This document shows, one piece after another, positions 9,172-16,810 of a stretch of 21,946 nt of DNA. The stretch's first letter is position 1; each line of letters begins with the position of its first letter. Where the stretch lies: assembly GCA_016839605.1 (NCBI GenBank), contig JAEOTX010000181.1, positions 1 to 21,946 on the forward strand. The letters run 5' to 3'. Source of the DNA: Candidatus Thorarchaeota archaeon. GTDB lineage: Archaea > Asgardarchaeota > Thorarchaeia > Thorarchaeales > Thorarchaeaceae. A model generated the notes under the pieces. The model ran no database searches. It worked only from the letters and a program-made list of their open reading frames with translations, and had not been told where the DNA came from. Made by a program: the position numbers and the translations under genes.

Positions 9172-10506
9172 CTATTCTTCGGGTTTATTTTGGGCCGCCA
9201 GCTCAGCTGAAGTTGTAAAGACATCGAGGACCCCCTCCCCAGTCAGACATGATGTTCCGATATAAGCTACAGGATGCAATTTCTCCTCGCTGCCAAATTT
9301 CTTAGCAAGCTCTTCGGCAAGTGCGAAGCCCTCTTCTGGTGTCACGGGTTGGTCTCCTTCATCTTCATCGAATTCCGCGACTAGATCTGTTTTGTTGGAA
9401 ACAACAACTATTGGAGGCACCTCTTCTGTAGTGATAGTAGCTTCTTTGAGCCAGAAATCTATGGATTCAAAGCTCCATCTGTCTGAGGCTGCATAAACTA
9501 CTATCAGCGCCTCTGCTTCATCATAGAATTCAGTTCTTGATATCTTTGACTTGACCGCCTCGTCAAACGACCAGACTCTAATTCTCACCCTGTGATTCTC
9601 GGTCTCCACAATTTGAGTGTGTATATACGGTTCTCCACCAGGTGCATCGTCTTCCACTGGTTCGAGTTCGGCCTTTCGCATTAGACTGCGCTTGCCAACT
9701 CCGGCTTCGCCCAGAATTAGGATTTTCGATTGGATCAGAGGTTTGACAACATGGGCTGGAGTGGTCTTCACGGCTGGTTCGGCTTGCACAGCTTCTGGCT
9801 CAGGTACTGTTTCGATCTCTTCAAAAACCTCTTCCTCGAATTCATCTTCTGTTGGAGGGGCGGGTACGGCTTCCAATTCAGGCTCTGGTTCTGCTACATC
9901 GATTTCTTCAGCTGGTTCAGTGACTGGAATTTCAACCTCAGGCGGAACCATTTCTGCCTCTGGCTCTTTTTCCTCTTCGGCAAGTGCGTCTTTCTGCGTT
10001 GTCGGAGTTGAAGCAAAAGTAGTTGGAGCTGCGGTTATTTCATCTGAACCTGCAACATTGATTCTAAGACCTGGTTTTGCCGGTTCTGCTTCCTCTTCAT
10101 CCACAGAATCTGCTTCAGGTTTCGGCCTTGCTGCCATGAAGGTGTCACTCATCGACTCTACAGCATTTAGTGCATCCGTGATGTTGCTGAAATCATCTCC
10201 GTCTAGGACCGTAACACCTGGGACATCAAGCTCAGGATTCTCCACAAAGGTGGCTGCAGTATCATCGGTCGACAACGGTTCACTTGGAGTCTTAGGTGCT
10301 TCATCCTTGACAATAGTAGCGACTTTGGGTTCAGGCCTTGGCTTGGTTGTTTTTGGTTTCGCTTCTGCAGGTGCCGTTTCAAGTTCTTGGGCAGATACTA
10401 TCTTCTTTGCAGTTGGCAGTCCTATTCGTACAAGAACGTCTCGCAAGATACCCGGAGCAAGAATTTTCCTTCTGACTCGAAAGAACATCTCAACCTCTTC
10501 AAGCAC
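9172..10506 (-). CDS. Long acidic/proline-rich protein with C-terminal degenerate Rab/Ras-like small GTPase domain
   Basis: KILILGEAGVGKRS (G1), RIRVW, FYDEAEALIVVY, SF..W, PIVVVSNKTD (G4), TSCLTGEGV (G5). The frame stays open upstream to 10701, so the real start is probably at about 10620-10644. Confidence 0.88.
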   Translation of the reverse strand: MLEEVEMFFRVRRKILAPGILRDVLVRIGLPTAKKIVSAQELETAPAEAKPKTTKPRPEPKVATIVKDEAPKTPSEPLSTDDTAATFVENPELDVPGVTVLDGDDFSNITDALNAVESMSDTFMAARPKPEADSVDEEEAEPAKPGLRINVAGSDEITAAPTTFASTPTTQKDALAEEEKEPEAEMVPPEVEIPVTEPAEEIDVAEPEPELEAVPAPPTEDEFEEEVFEEIETVPEPEAVQAEPAVKTTPAHVVKPLIQSKILILGEAGVGKRSLMRKAELEPVEDDAPGGEPYIHTQIVETENHRVRIRVWSFDEAVKSKISRTEFYDEAEALIVVYAASDRWSFESIDFWLKEATITTEEVPPIVVVSNKTDLVAEFDEDEGDQPVTPEEGFALAEELAKKFGSEEKLHPVAYIGTSCLTGEGVLDVFTTSAELAAQNKPEE

Positions 10507-10721
10507 ATTGTCAAATGATCTATGCTTTGTGGGTATCTTCTTTTTGACAATACCTTTGTCTCTGATTTCAACATAGCCTGGAATGAGCGAAACGCCAATG
10601 GTAGTTCCTGGTACTATCAGCTCCTGCGACGCTCCAATAAGCAGATGAGAATCGACTGCCGAATTTGTTTGATAACTGTTTCTCCGACTTCGTGCAGCAA
10701 ACTAGCAATTCTACTGCATTA

Positions 10722-10874
10722 TCATGGAGCGTTCTTGTCACATTCACACTCCAAGCCAAGATTTATTCTCATGTTCCTTTTCTGTTCTTCAGTAGAGCTC
10801 TCAGCCATTTCCCTTATTTGATCCACAATGAGGTCTGTGAGTGATGTAACGGTTTCATCGGAAGGAGCATTCAT
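10722..10874 (-). CDS. 50-aa hypothetical protein with C-terminal CxC motif
   Basis: Manual translation: MNAPSDETVTSLTDLIVDQIREMAESSTEEQKRNMRINLGLECECDKNAP. Amphipathic helix pattern; TATA-like TTTAAATAAAA 20-30 nt upstream, consistent with a leaderless transcript. Confidence 0.65.
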   Translation of the reverse strand: MNAPSDETVTSLTDLIVDQIREMAESSTEEQKRNMRINLGLECECDKNAP

Positions 10875-10892
10875 ACAAATTTCCGTGGAGAA

Positions 10893-10903
10893 TTTTATTT
10901 AAA
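10893..10903. promoter_or_regulatory. AT-rich TATA element between divergent genes, possibly bidirectional
   Basis: TTTTATTTAAA is the only strong TATA-like tract between the 50-aa ORF (-) and the APRT-like gene (+). Confidence 0.5.
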
Positions 10904-11001
10904 GGTCTACCAATGAAGCAATCTGCGCAATCACAAGACACTGATACAGATACAGAAAGAATTATGACTACCTTGGATTGTGATTGCGATGAGGTGTCAG
11001 G

Positions 11002-11550
11002 ATGACAGACGTCGATTTTCGTGACTATGTAGAAGTCATCAAGGACTGGCCTGAGCCAGGGAAGGCTGTTATTGACATTAGCCGACTCCTGGAACACCCA
11101 ACGGTATTCCATGAAGCGGTGGTCACCTTGGCCAAACCATTTCTGGAAGTCCAGCCGAACAAGGTTATTGGTATTGATCTTCGAGGATTAGCCTTGGGTA
11201 GTGCCATTGCGTATTATTTGGGATGCGGTGTTGTGCCGGCCCGATCAATAGCATATCTTCCTGAAGACTACAGTCGGCCTGTGGAGCTACTACCGATTAG
11301 CAAGTTCGCGGATCATCGTCTTTCACTTGTTTCGGAGTCTATCGATAAAGGAGATCGCATAGCTATCGTCGACGACTGGCTGATTAAAGGAACGACGGTT
11401 CTAGCAGTCAAGAAAGCGGTGGAAAAGCTGGGTGCTACTGTTGTAGGAATCGCCTGTGTTATCAACAATCTTTCCGAAACAAGGAGAAAGCTTCTGGGTA
11501 GGCCTGAAGTACAATCACTCATCGAAAATCTCGTCACTGACACGGAGTAA
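11002..11550 (+). CDS. apt: Adenine phosphoribosyltransferase-like protein (type I PRTase), divergent
   Basis: IKDWPEPG..IDISRLL, GIDLRG, GDRIAIVDDWLIKGTT, LGATVVG. SD GAGGTG 5 nt upstream. Confidence 0.85.
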   Translation: MTDVDFRDYVEVIKDWPEPGKAVIDISRLLEHPTVFHEAVVTLAKPFLEVQPNKVIGIDLRGLALGSAIAYYLGCGVVPARSIAYLPEDYSRPVELLPISKFADHRLSLVSESIDKGDRIAIVDDWLIKGTTVLAVKKAVEKLGATVVGIACVINNLSETRRKLLGRPEVQSLIENLVTDTE

Positions 11551-11561
11551 GCGGTTGCTTC

Positions 11562-11651
11562 TTACCAAATGTATGAGATGAGATAGAGCGAAAGGATTGA
11601 CATTGCACCATATATTGCAGCCATCACTTCAGTAGATGCCGCATCTTCCAA
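11562..11651 (-). CDS. Possible 29-aa single-TM peptide
   Basis: Manual translation from TTG: MEDAASTEVMAAIYGAMSILSLYLISYIW. It fills the gap between convergent apt and GGR. Confidence 0.35.
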   Translation of the reverse strand: MEDAASTEVMAAIYGAMSILSLYLISYIW

Positions 11652-11692
11652 AAAGAAGCGGCAACATGCGGCAGTGCCACTCCCTTTTTATT

Positions 11693-12889
11693 TCAGAAAC
11701 TCATTGCTTCTCTCAGACATACATAGAGAAACCGTCCCAGAAGCTTCATGACATCATTCCTTCCCCGCGATGCCTCAGACATCATTTCTGATACAGTATC
11801 CTGCAGTGATGAATCCCGTGCTCCTATCTCAAAGAGTGTACTCGCGAGAGGCCCTGTGAAGATTTTCTGTATGAGGAGTTGTGACTTAATCTCGGTCCCA
11901 AACTGCTGCATCCAAATTCTCTGATAGAGACTCAGCGCTGTTTCATCAAGCGTACCTTGGTCTAGGCATTCCCCTAAAACTCCCGCAGCAAGCTTTCCAG
12001 CTGACATAGCATACGCTATGCCTCCTCCTGTGATTGGATTCACCATCCCAGCAGAGTCACCCACAAGTAGGCAGTTATTTGAATAGGACTTAGAAATGGG
12101 CCCTCCAGTGGGAAGTAGAGCTCCCTTCACACCTCTCAGATCCGCTTCTCTAGTGATATATCCCTCACTTTTGAGAAGTTTGACAAATGAATCAAAGTAC
12201 ATAGGCAGTCCTCTCGCATGATTTCCAACGATTCCAAGCCCTACGTTGATAGTATCCAGTTTGGGGAAAATCCATCCATATCCAGGTAACCCGCCCAAGT
12301 TGGCAAAGAAGTGATACTCTCTATCTTCAGTGTAGAGGTCCTCAACAAATGATGACTTTGTGGGAATCTCCGCGACTCTACAAGCAGTCACGCTTCCTGA
12401 TGACCATCTGGTGTTCAATCCAGTTGACCTAGCAACCATGCTTGTTACACCATCTGCACCAACAAGGGTTCTTGCAGTAACAGTTGAACCATCTCCGAGA
12501 TTCACTACTGCTCCGTTAGGTGAAATGTCAATTGATTTTGCTCTATGACCAGCCAGTGAAGTAGCGCCTTCATCAACAGCTGATTCGAAGAGAACATTGT
12601 CAAAATCTGTTCTTAGTGCAACCGCCATATCGACTCGCCCTCGCATCACTGTCTTTCGGTTAGGAGAGTGAAGCACTCCCACGCGACATACTCCTTTGAG
12701 GAAGTCTTTCTCCCTCCTCTTGAGATAAGGGAACTCGTCAACTAGATGAGTTGAAAATCCTCCTCCACATGGCTTGTCTCTGGGAAACTTGTCCTTATCG
12801 ATGAGACATACTTCATAGCCCTTTTTTGCCAGATATCTAGCTGCTGTAGAACCGCCTGGTCCTGCTCCTATTACCGCAACATCGAACAT
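11693..12889 (-). CDS. Geranylgeranyl reductase family FAD-dependent oxidoreductase (DGGR-like)
   Basis: DVAVIGAGPGGS, PRDKPCGG, GADG, GYGWIFP, GDSAGMVNPITGGGI. Confidence 0.93.
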   Translation of the reverse strand: MFDVAVIGAGPGGSTAARYLAKKGYEVCLIDKDKFPRDKPCGGGFSTHLVDEFPYLKRREKDFLKGVCRVGVLHSPNRKTVMRGRVDMAVALRTDFDNVLFESAVDEGATSLAGHRAKSIDISPNGAVVNLGDGSTVTARTLVGADGVTSMVARSTGLNTRWSSGSVTACRVAEIPTKSSFVEDLYTEDREYHFFANLGGLPGYGWIFPKLDTINVGLGIVGNHARGLPMYFDSFVKLLKSEGYITREADLRGVKGALLPTGGPISKSYSNNCLLVGDSAGMVNPITGGGIAYAMSAGKLAAGVLGECLDQGTLDETALSLYQRIWMQQFGTEIKSQLLIQKIFTGPLASTLFEIGARDSSLQDTVSEMMSEASRGRNDVMKLLGRFLYVCLREAMSF

Positions 12890-13006
12890 GCTTGCGACCT
12901 GATAGTCAAGCCTGCCAAGGGGTTCTTTTGCTTTCCGTTTGGACTCCCTTTTGGTCTGGACCCGAGAACCTTATCTGCTTGGCTTTGCACCCAATCGAGA
13001 GGCCAG

Positions 13007-14596
13007 ATGAGCGGGTTAATACTTCGGAGAAGAGAGCTGCGCGCCAATATTCGGTCAAATGAGATTTGGGATCGCAGACTTCACCTCTTCGCTACAGGGG
13101 TATTGATTCTCAATATATCACTGATTCTCTACACTATGTTATCAGTGACTATCCGGATGTCATTAGCAGGTATCGGATTCATTGACTCTCTCCCTATCTT
13201 TCTCTATATCCTTCCGCTCGTGATCATTCTGCCTCTAATTGTGAGGGCATATTATAGGGACAGATTTGCACCAGCAAGCTTCGTCATCCTTCTCATTGCA
13301 TCTGTCTTCTTCGGTGTACTCTCACTTCTTGTTCGTGGATTCATTTTCTTCCTTCTTCTGAACGCTTTGACACTGTGTATCATTTTCTTGATGGGCCGTT
13401 TCCGTCTGAAGACCAGCATTCGCCAAGTAGGAAGAAAGACATGTGTCACATTTGTCATCATCAATCTACTCGGCTTGAGCTTTCCTGTGACCACACTTGC
13501 ACTAGGTCAAACACCCCTTGCATTGATTGAGCCTACTGGTGAGATGAATCTGACACTTGAAGTCCCTTTGGCTGATTTCGATTTCAGCTACACCGATCTG
13601 ACACCTAGTGCAGCTCTTCTTCAAAATCTCAGCTCTGCAGATATCGCATTAGACCTTCATCTACTAGAGGGAAGCACAGATTCTTTGAGTCGCTTGCGAG
13701 ACTGGTTAACTGCTCTCAATCAATCGTCAGTTCAATATACCGTAACAATGACTGCACCAAGAGAGTCATTCATTGAAAGCGAACCAAGATCGCTGGGAAC
13801 AACATCTGTCATCCAAGGAGTCTATCAAAGCCATCTTGATTCGTTGCAACAGGTTGTTTCGGAGCTAGAATCACTGAATATGACAATAATGCCTTACTGC
13901 ATATACTTCGATATGACATTGTCAGCGCCCGAGTGGCAGATTCTTATGGCGCGAACACGCAGCCTTGATCTACCCGGCTTTTCCAGTTTATTTCGTTCTT
14001 CATTGGATACCATTGATGTGAGTGCGCTGGAAACTGGTGCAGCACTCCTAGTAAGCGAATCCGAATCATCTGACCTAAGTTCAGGCGTATTAGTTGAATC
14101 ATTCATTCTTGATGACCTTCAGGACTCTGACAACGTAGCAATGAAGGTCTGTGGCCAAACAGTATATACTCTCTCTCAGTGGGATAAGATACAGGTCGAC
14201 TGCTCTCGATCAAGGTTCTCCTATGAGATGCAGGGTGATGTTGGGGAATACCTCACTCATTCATTCTCAAGAACTGCTGCGCAATATGGGCTCGATTGGT
14301 CGATGCGACTTGGAACCACAGGCAACGAGACTGATATGCAATCAAGACCCAACCTAGTATACAACTCTCTGGAGAGCATAGCGGAGGACTTGGTAATAGC
14401 TGAAGGAAATGGAGTGTCCTCGCTGACCATGGAATCACTATCCCTTCTCCTTGCAACGTTTGGTCCGGATGCTGTGGAAAATCTTATGGCATCTATTCAT
14501 GACATCACACAAGTAGGTGTCACATACACATTCAGGATCTATGCCTTTCGAGCAGTCTTTATCGCTATCGATTCTTTTGACCCAATCATGATTTAG
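13007..14596 (+). CDS. Hypothetical protein: about 5 N-terminal TM helices plus large acidic alpha/beta domain
   Basis: 529-aa clean ORF with a hydrophobic N-terminal third, then alternating beta/alpha patterns with acidic motifs (YFDM, ILDDLQDSDN). Confidence 0.8.
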   Translation: MSGLILRRRELRANIRSNEIWDRRLHLFATGVLILNISLILYTMLSVTIRMSLAGIGFIDSLPIFLYILPLVIILPLIVRAYYRDRFAPASFVILLIASVFFGVLSLLVRGFIFFLLLNALTLCIIFLMGRFRLKTSIRQVGRKTCVTFVIINLLGLSFPVTTLALGQTPLALIEPTGEMNLTLEVPLADFDFSYTDLTPSAALLQNLSSADIALDLHLLEGSTDSLSRLRDWLTALNQSSVQYTVTMTAPRESFIESEPRSLGTTSVIQGVYQSHLDSLQQVVSELESLNMTIMPYCIYFDMTLSAPEWQILMARTRSLDLPGFSSLFRSSLDTIDVSALETGAALLVSESESSDLSSGVLVESFILDDLQDSDNVAMKVCGQTVYTLSQWDKIQVDCSRSRFSYEMQGDVGEYLTHSFSRTAAQYGLDWSMRLGTTGNETDMQSRPNLVYNSLESIAEDLVIAEGNGVSSLTMESLSLLLATFGPDAVENLMASIHDITQVGVTYTFRIYAFRAVFIAIDSFDPIMI

Positions 14597-15500
14597 GTGA
14601 TTTGAGATAGACTTCAAACACGCCCATCCATATCTCACTCGTTGGCTCTGCTCTGATCAGGATGTCGCCATCAAAGTTCACACTAAGCGGCTTAGCTGGA
14701 CTCTTCTTCCATACATCTGAGAAGATTAGGGAGTGCAGGCTGTTCTGAAAGTCTTCGGTCACTTGAGAAATTTTCGTTTCTATGTAGGCCTTGTCAATGC
14801 CAAATTGGGAGAGGTCCTCGCTCGTTCTAAAGAGCCGCTCTTCACTTACCGCTCCGAGTTTTTTGTCAAATGTGTAGCCTATCCCTCCAACGAAATAGAA
14901 CACCCCATGAGGAATAGCACAGTCATCCCCCATGACAATTATGTCGTTCCCAGTCAATGTGATATAGAGTGGGTCTGCAACATTGAATGCAATGGATGCG
15001 GCTTCGATTGACACCTCATCCATCTTGAGTGTCGTCTTTAAGAAATCCTGGAGCGTGGACACTCTATTGTCAAAATGAAATGGTGTGAAATCACCCATGT
15101 GAACTACATTTCTCGCTTTCCGAAGAAGTACATCGATTATGCGCTGACATTTTTTCAGGAAATCAACTCTCTCTTGATAAGCGTCAAGGAGGAAGCCTGC
15201 AGAAATAGCCACCTTCAAGTATTCCAGTGACCTTATGTCTGATAGAATCGTTCGGCACAGAAAGCTCTCTTCCTCCGTTTCAAGAAATCCTTCTTCTTTT
15301 GCAACCTCGAATGGGATAGGATTTCCCATAAACACCTGCGCTGGCTTCTTTCGTTTGGACTTGAAGAAAATGCCAATGTCCAAGCCTGAGCGTGTTATAT
15401 CGCTCAGCTGTCGAACGAATGGGCCTTCTGGTACTATTTCTCTAGCCCTTGTTTTTTGGTACAGTTGGGTATACTTTCCGAACAGATCTGCTCTTGACAT
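14586..15500 (-). CDS. Hypothetical soluble protein
   Basis: 304-aa ORF with normal composition; 3' end overlaps the convergent gene by 11 nt. No motif recognised. Confidence 0.8.
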   Translation of the reverse strand: MSRADLFGKYTQLYQKTRAREIVPEGPFVRQLSDITRSGLDIGIFFKSKRKKPAQVFMGNPIPFEVAKEEGFLETEEESFLCRTILSDIRSLEYLKVAISAGFLLDAYQERVDFLKKCQRIIDVLLRKARNVVHMGDFTPFHFDNRVSTLQDFLKTTLKMDEVSIEAASIAFNVADPLYITLTGNDIIVMGDDCAIPHGVFYFVGGIGYTFDKKLGAVSEERLFRTSEDLSQFGIDKAYIETKISQVTEDFQNSLHSLIFSDVWKKSPAKPLSVNFDGDILIRAEPTSEIWMGVFEVYLKSPKS

Positions 15501-15605
15501 GCCGCATCACGTTAGCTGCAGATACACTCGTCAGGGTTATTATCTCTTGTCCATGTTAACTGAAACAAGCCACAATGTATAAAGAGGACCTATCTCCCGC
15601 TGTAG

Positions 15606-15623
15606 GAAGCCTGAAACGGCTTC
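15606..15623 (+). promoter_or_regulatory. 5'-UTR hairpin
   Basis: GAAGCC-TGAAAC-GGCTTC, extendable by TAG/CTA, between TATAAA (15578-15583) and the start codon. Confidence 0.35.
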
Positions 15624-15639
15624 GACCTAGGTGTTTCTG

Positions 15640-15936
15640 ATGGAACGAAAGAAGAGAGGTCTATTGCTTGCGTCAGCTGGCGTCCTGCTATTTGTGATAT
15701 CATTGGTATTGCTTTTGTACTTCGCAGACCTCTACTTGATTGCACTTGTCATGATGTTCATTGGAGTTGTGCTCATTGGAATGGGAACGGCTCTAGTAAA
15801 GGGGATAGATGCCTCCATTGAAATGCCTAGTGATGATTGCTATTATTGCAGGGGAATAGGTAAGATTGGCTCAGGCGATGAAATAGAAACGTGTCCAAGG
15901 TGTGGCGGCACCGGACTATCACGCCAGGATGACTAG
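15640..15936 (+). CDS. Two-TM membrane protein with C-terminal DnaJ-type zinc finger
   Basis: Two TM helices, then CYYCRGIG...CPRCGGTG (two CxxCxGxG repeats). ATG 15640 follows SD-like AGGTG. Confidence 0.85.
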   Translation: MERKKRGLLLASAGVLLFVISLVLLLYFADLYLIALVMMFIGVVLIGMGTALVKGIDASIEMPSDDCYYCRGIGKIGSGDEIETCPRCGGTGLSRQDD

Positions 15937-15988
15937 AATCAGCACAGCATTTGTGCATTTCGAACAGCAGTTATTGTGGCGATATTCA

Positions 15989-16696
15989 ATGAGAGACATA
16001 CTAGTAATGGGGCATCGCGGTTCACCAAAGGCTGCACCAGAAAATACCCTCAAATCTTTCGAAATTGCCATGCAAGCAGGCGTCGACATGGTAGAAGTGG
16101 ATGTTTGGAAAAGTGCAGATGGCCATATGGTTTGCATACATGACCCGGATGTTTCATCCACCACCAATGGATTTGGAATGATAGAAGAACTCACTCTAGC
16201 AGAGATCAAGTCATTAAATGCAGGCGAGGGTCAAGAAGTGCCTCTCCTTTCTGAAGTGTTTGATTTGGTCCAAGGAAATGTAGGTGTCAACATTGACCTC
16301 AAATCTTTTGGAATAGAAAAGCCTGTAGTAGACTTAGTGATTGAAAGAAGAATGAAAGACTCTGTCATCATCTCTTCATTCTTTCTTCTGACTATTGAGG
16401 TTGTTAAGGAACTGGACAAGGACATAGAGACTGGAGCCTTATTTCAGGTAGGGATGGACGACCACGTGCCGCACACCTTGCATGTAGGCGCCGATGCGAT
16501 TCATCCACCCCTTGTAGATGTCAATAAGGAACTAGTGGGTCACGCTCATAGAGAAGGATTGAGAGTCAATGTCTGGGATGTTGATGATGAGGTTGATATG
16601 CTTCAAATCTTAGAGTGGGGTGTCAATGGGATAATTACTGATTTTCCTAAGATAGGAGTTCGTGTCGTTGACGATTGGCTATCTGAGAGGAAATAA
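15989..16696 (+). CDS. Glycerophosphodiester phosphodiesterase (GDPD, UgpQ-like)
   Basis: MGHRG...PENT, EVDV, HD, NIDLK, SSF, ITDFP. Start corrected to ATG 15989. Confidence 0.95.
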   Translation: MRDILVMGHRGSPKAAPENTLKSFEIAMQAGVDMVEVDVWKSADGHMVCIHDPDVSSTTNGFGMIEELTLAEIKSLNAGEGQEVPLLSEVFDLVQGNVGVNIDLKSFGIEKPVVDLVIERRMKDSVIISSFFLLTIEVVKELDKDIETGALFQVGMDDHVPHTLHVGADAIHPPLVDVNKELVGHAHREGLRVNVWDVDDEVDMLQILEWGVNGIITDFPKIGVRVVDDWLSERK

Positions 16697-16810
16697 TGAA
16701 TTCAGCCTGAAACGCATTATCTGAAAATAGCTGATTGAGAGAATATCTAGCGATGAAGATGACTTCCACAAAGATGGGGCGCCAATCGGACTATTCTATC
16801 ATTCAGTAGT

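Noticed and set aside
9617-10576. 319-aa Ser-rich plus-strand ORF
   Set aside because: Antisense shadow of the Glu/Pro/Ala-rich linker (GAA codons read as TCx in the shifted antisense frame); no independent features.
10702-10725. Possible Sec/Pyl readthrough (TGA after the CxC ORF; TAGs upstream of the GTPase frame)
   Set aside because: The TGA is followed immediately by TAA, and the GTPase frame has two TAGs with no protein-like sequence beyond. No SECIS recognised.
10568-10759. 63-aa minus-strand ORF in the track
   Set aside because: Overlaps both the better-supported 50-aa ORF and the in-frame extension of the GTPase-like gene.
15902-15988. N-terminal extension of the GDPD in the ORF track
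   Set aside because: It overlaps the upstream gene, and the GDPD fold begins right after ATG 15989.
15608-16714. 11-bp direct repeat AGCCTGAAACG flanking the zinc-finger and GDPD genes
   Set aside because: Repeated 11-mers are expected by chance in 22 kb; no transposase, integrase or terminal inverted repeats.
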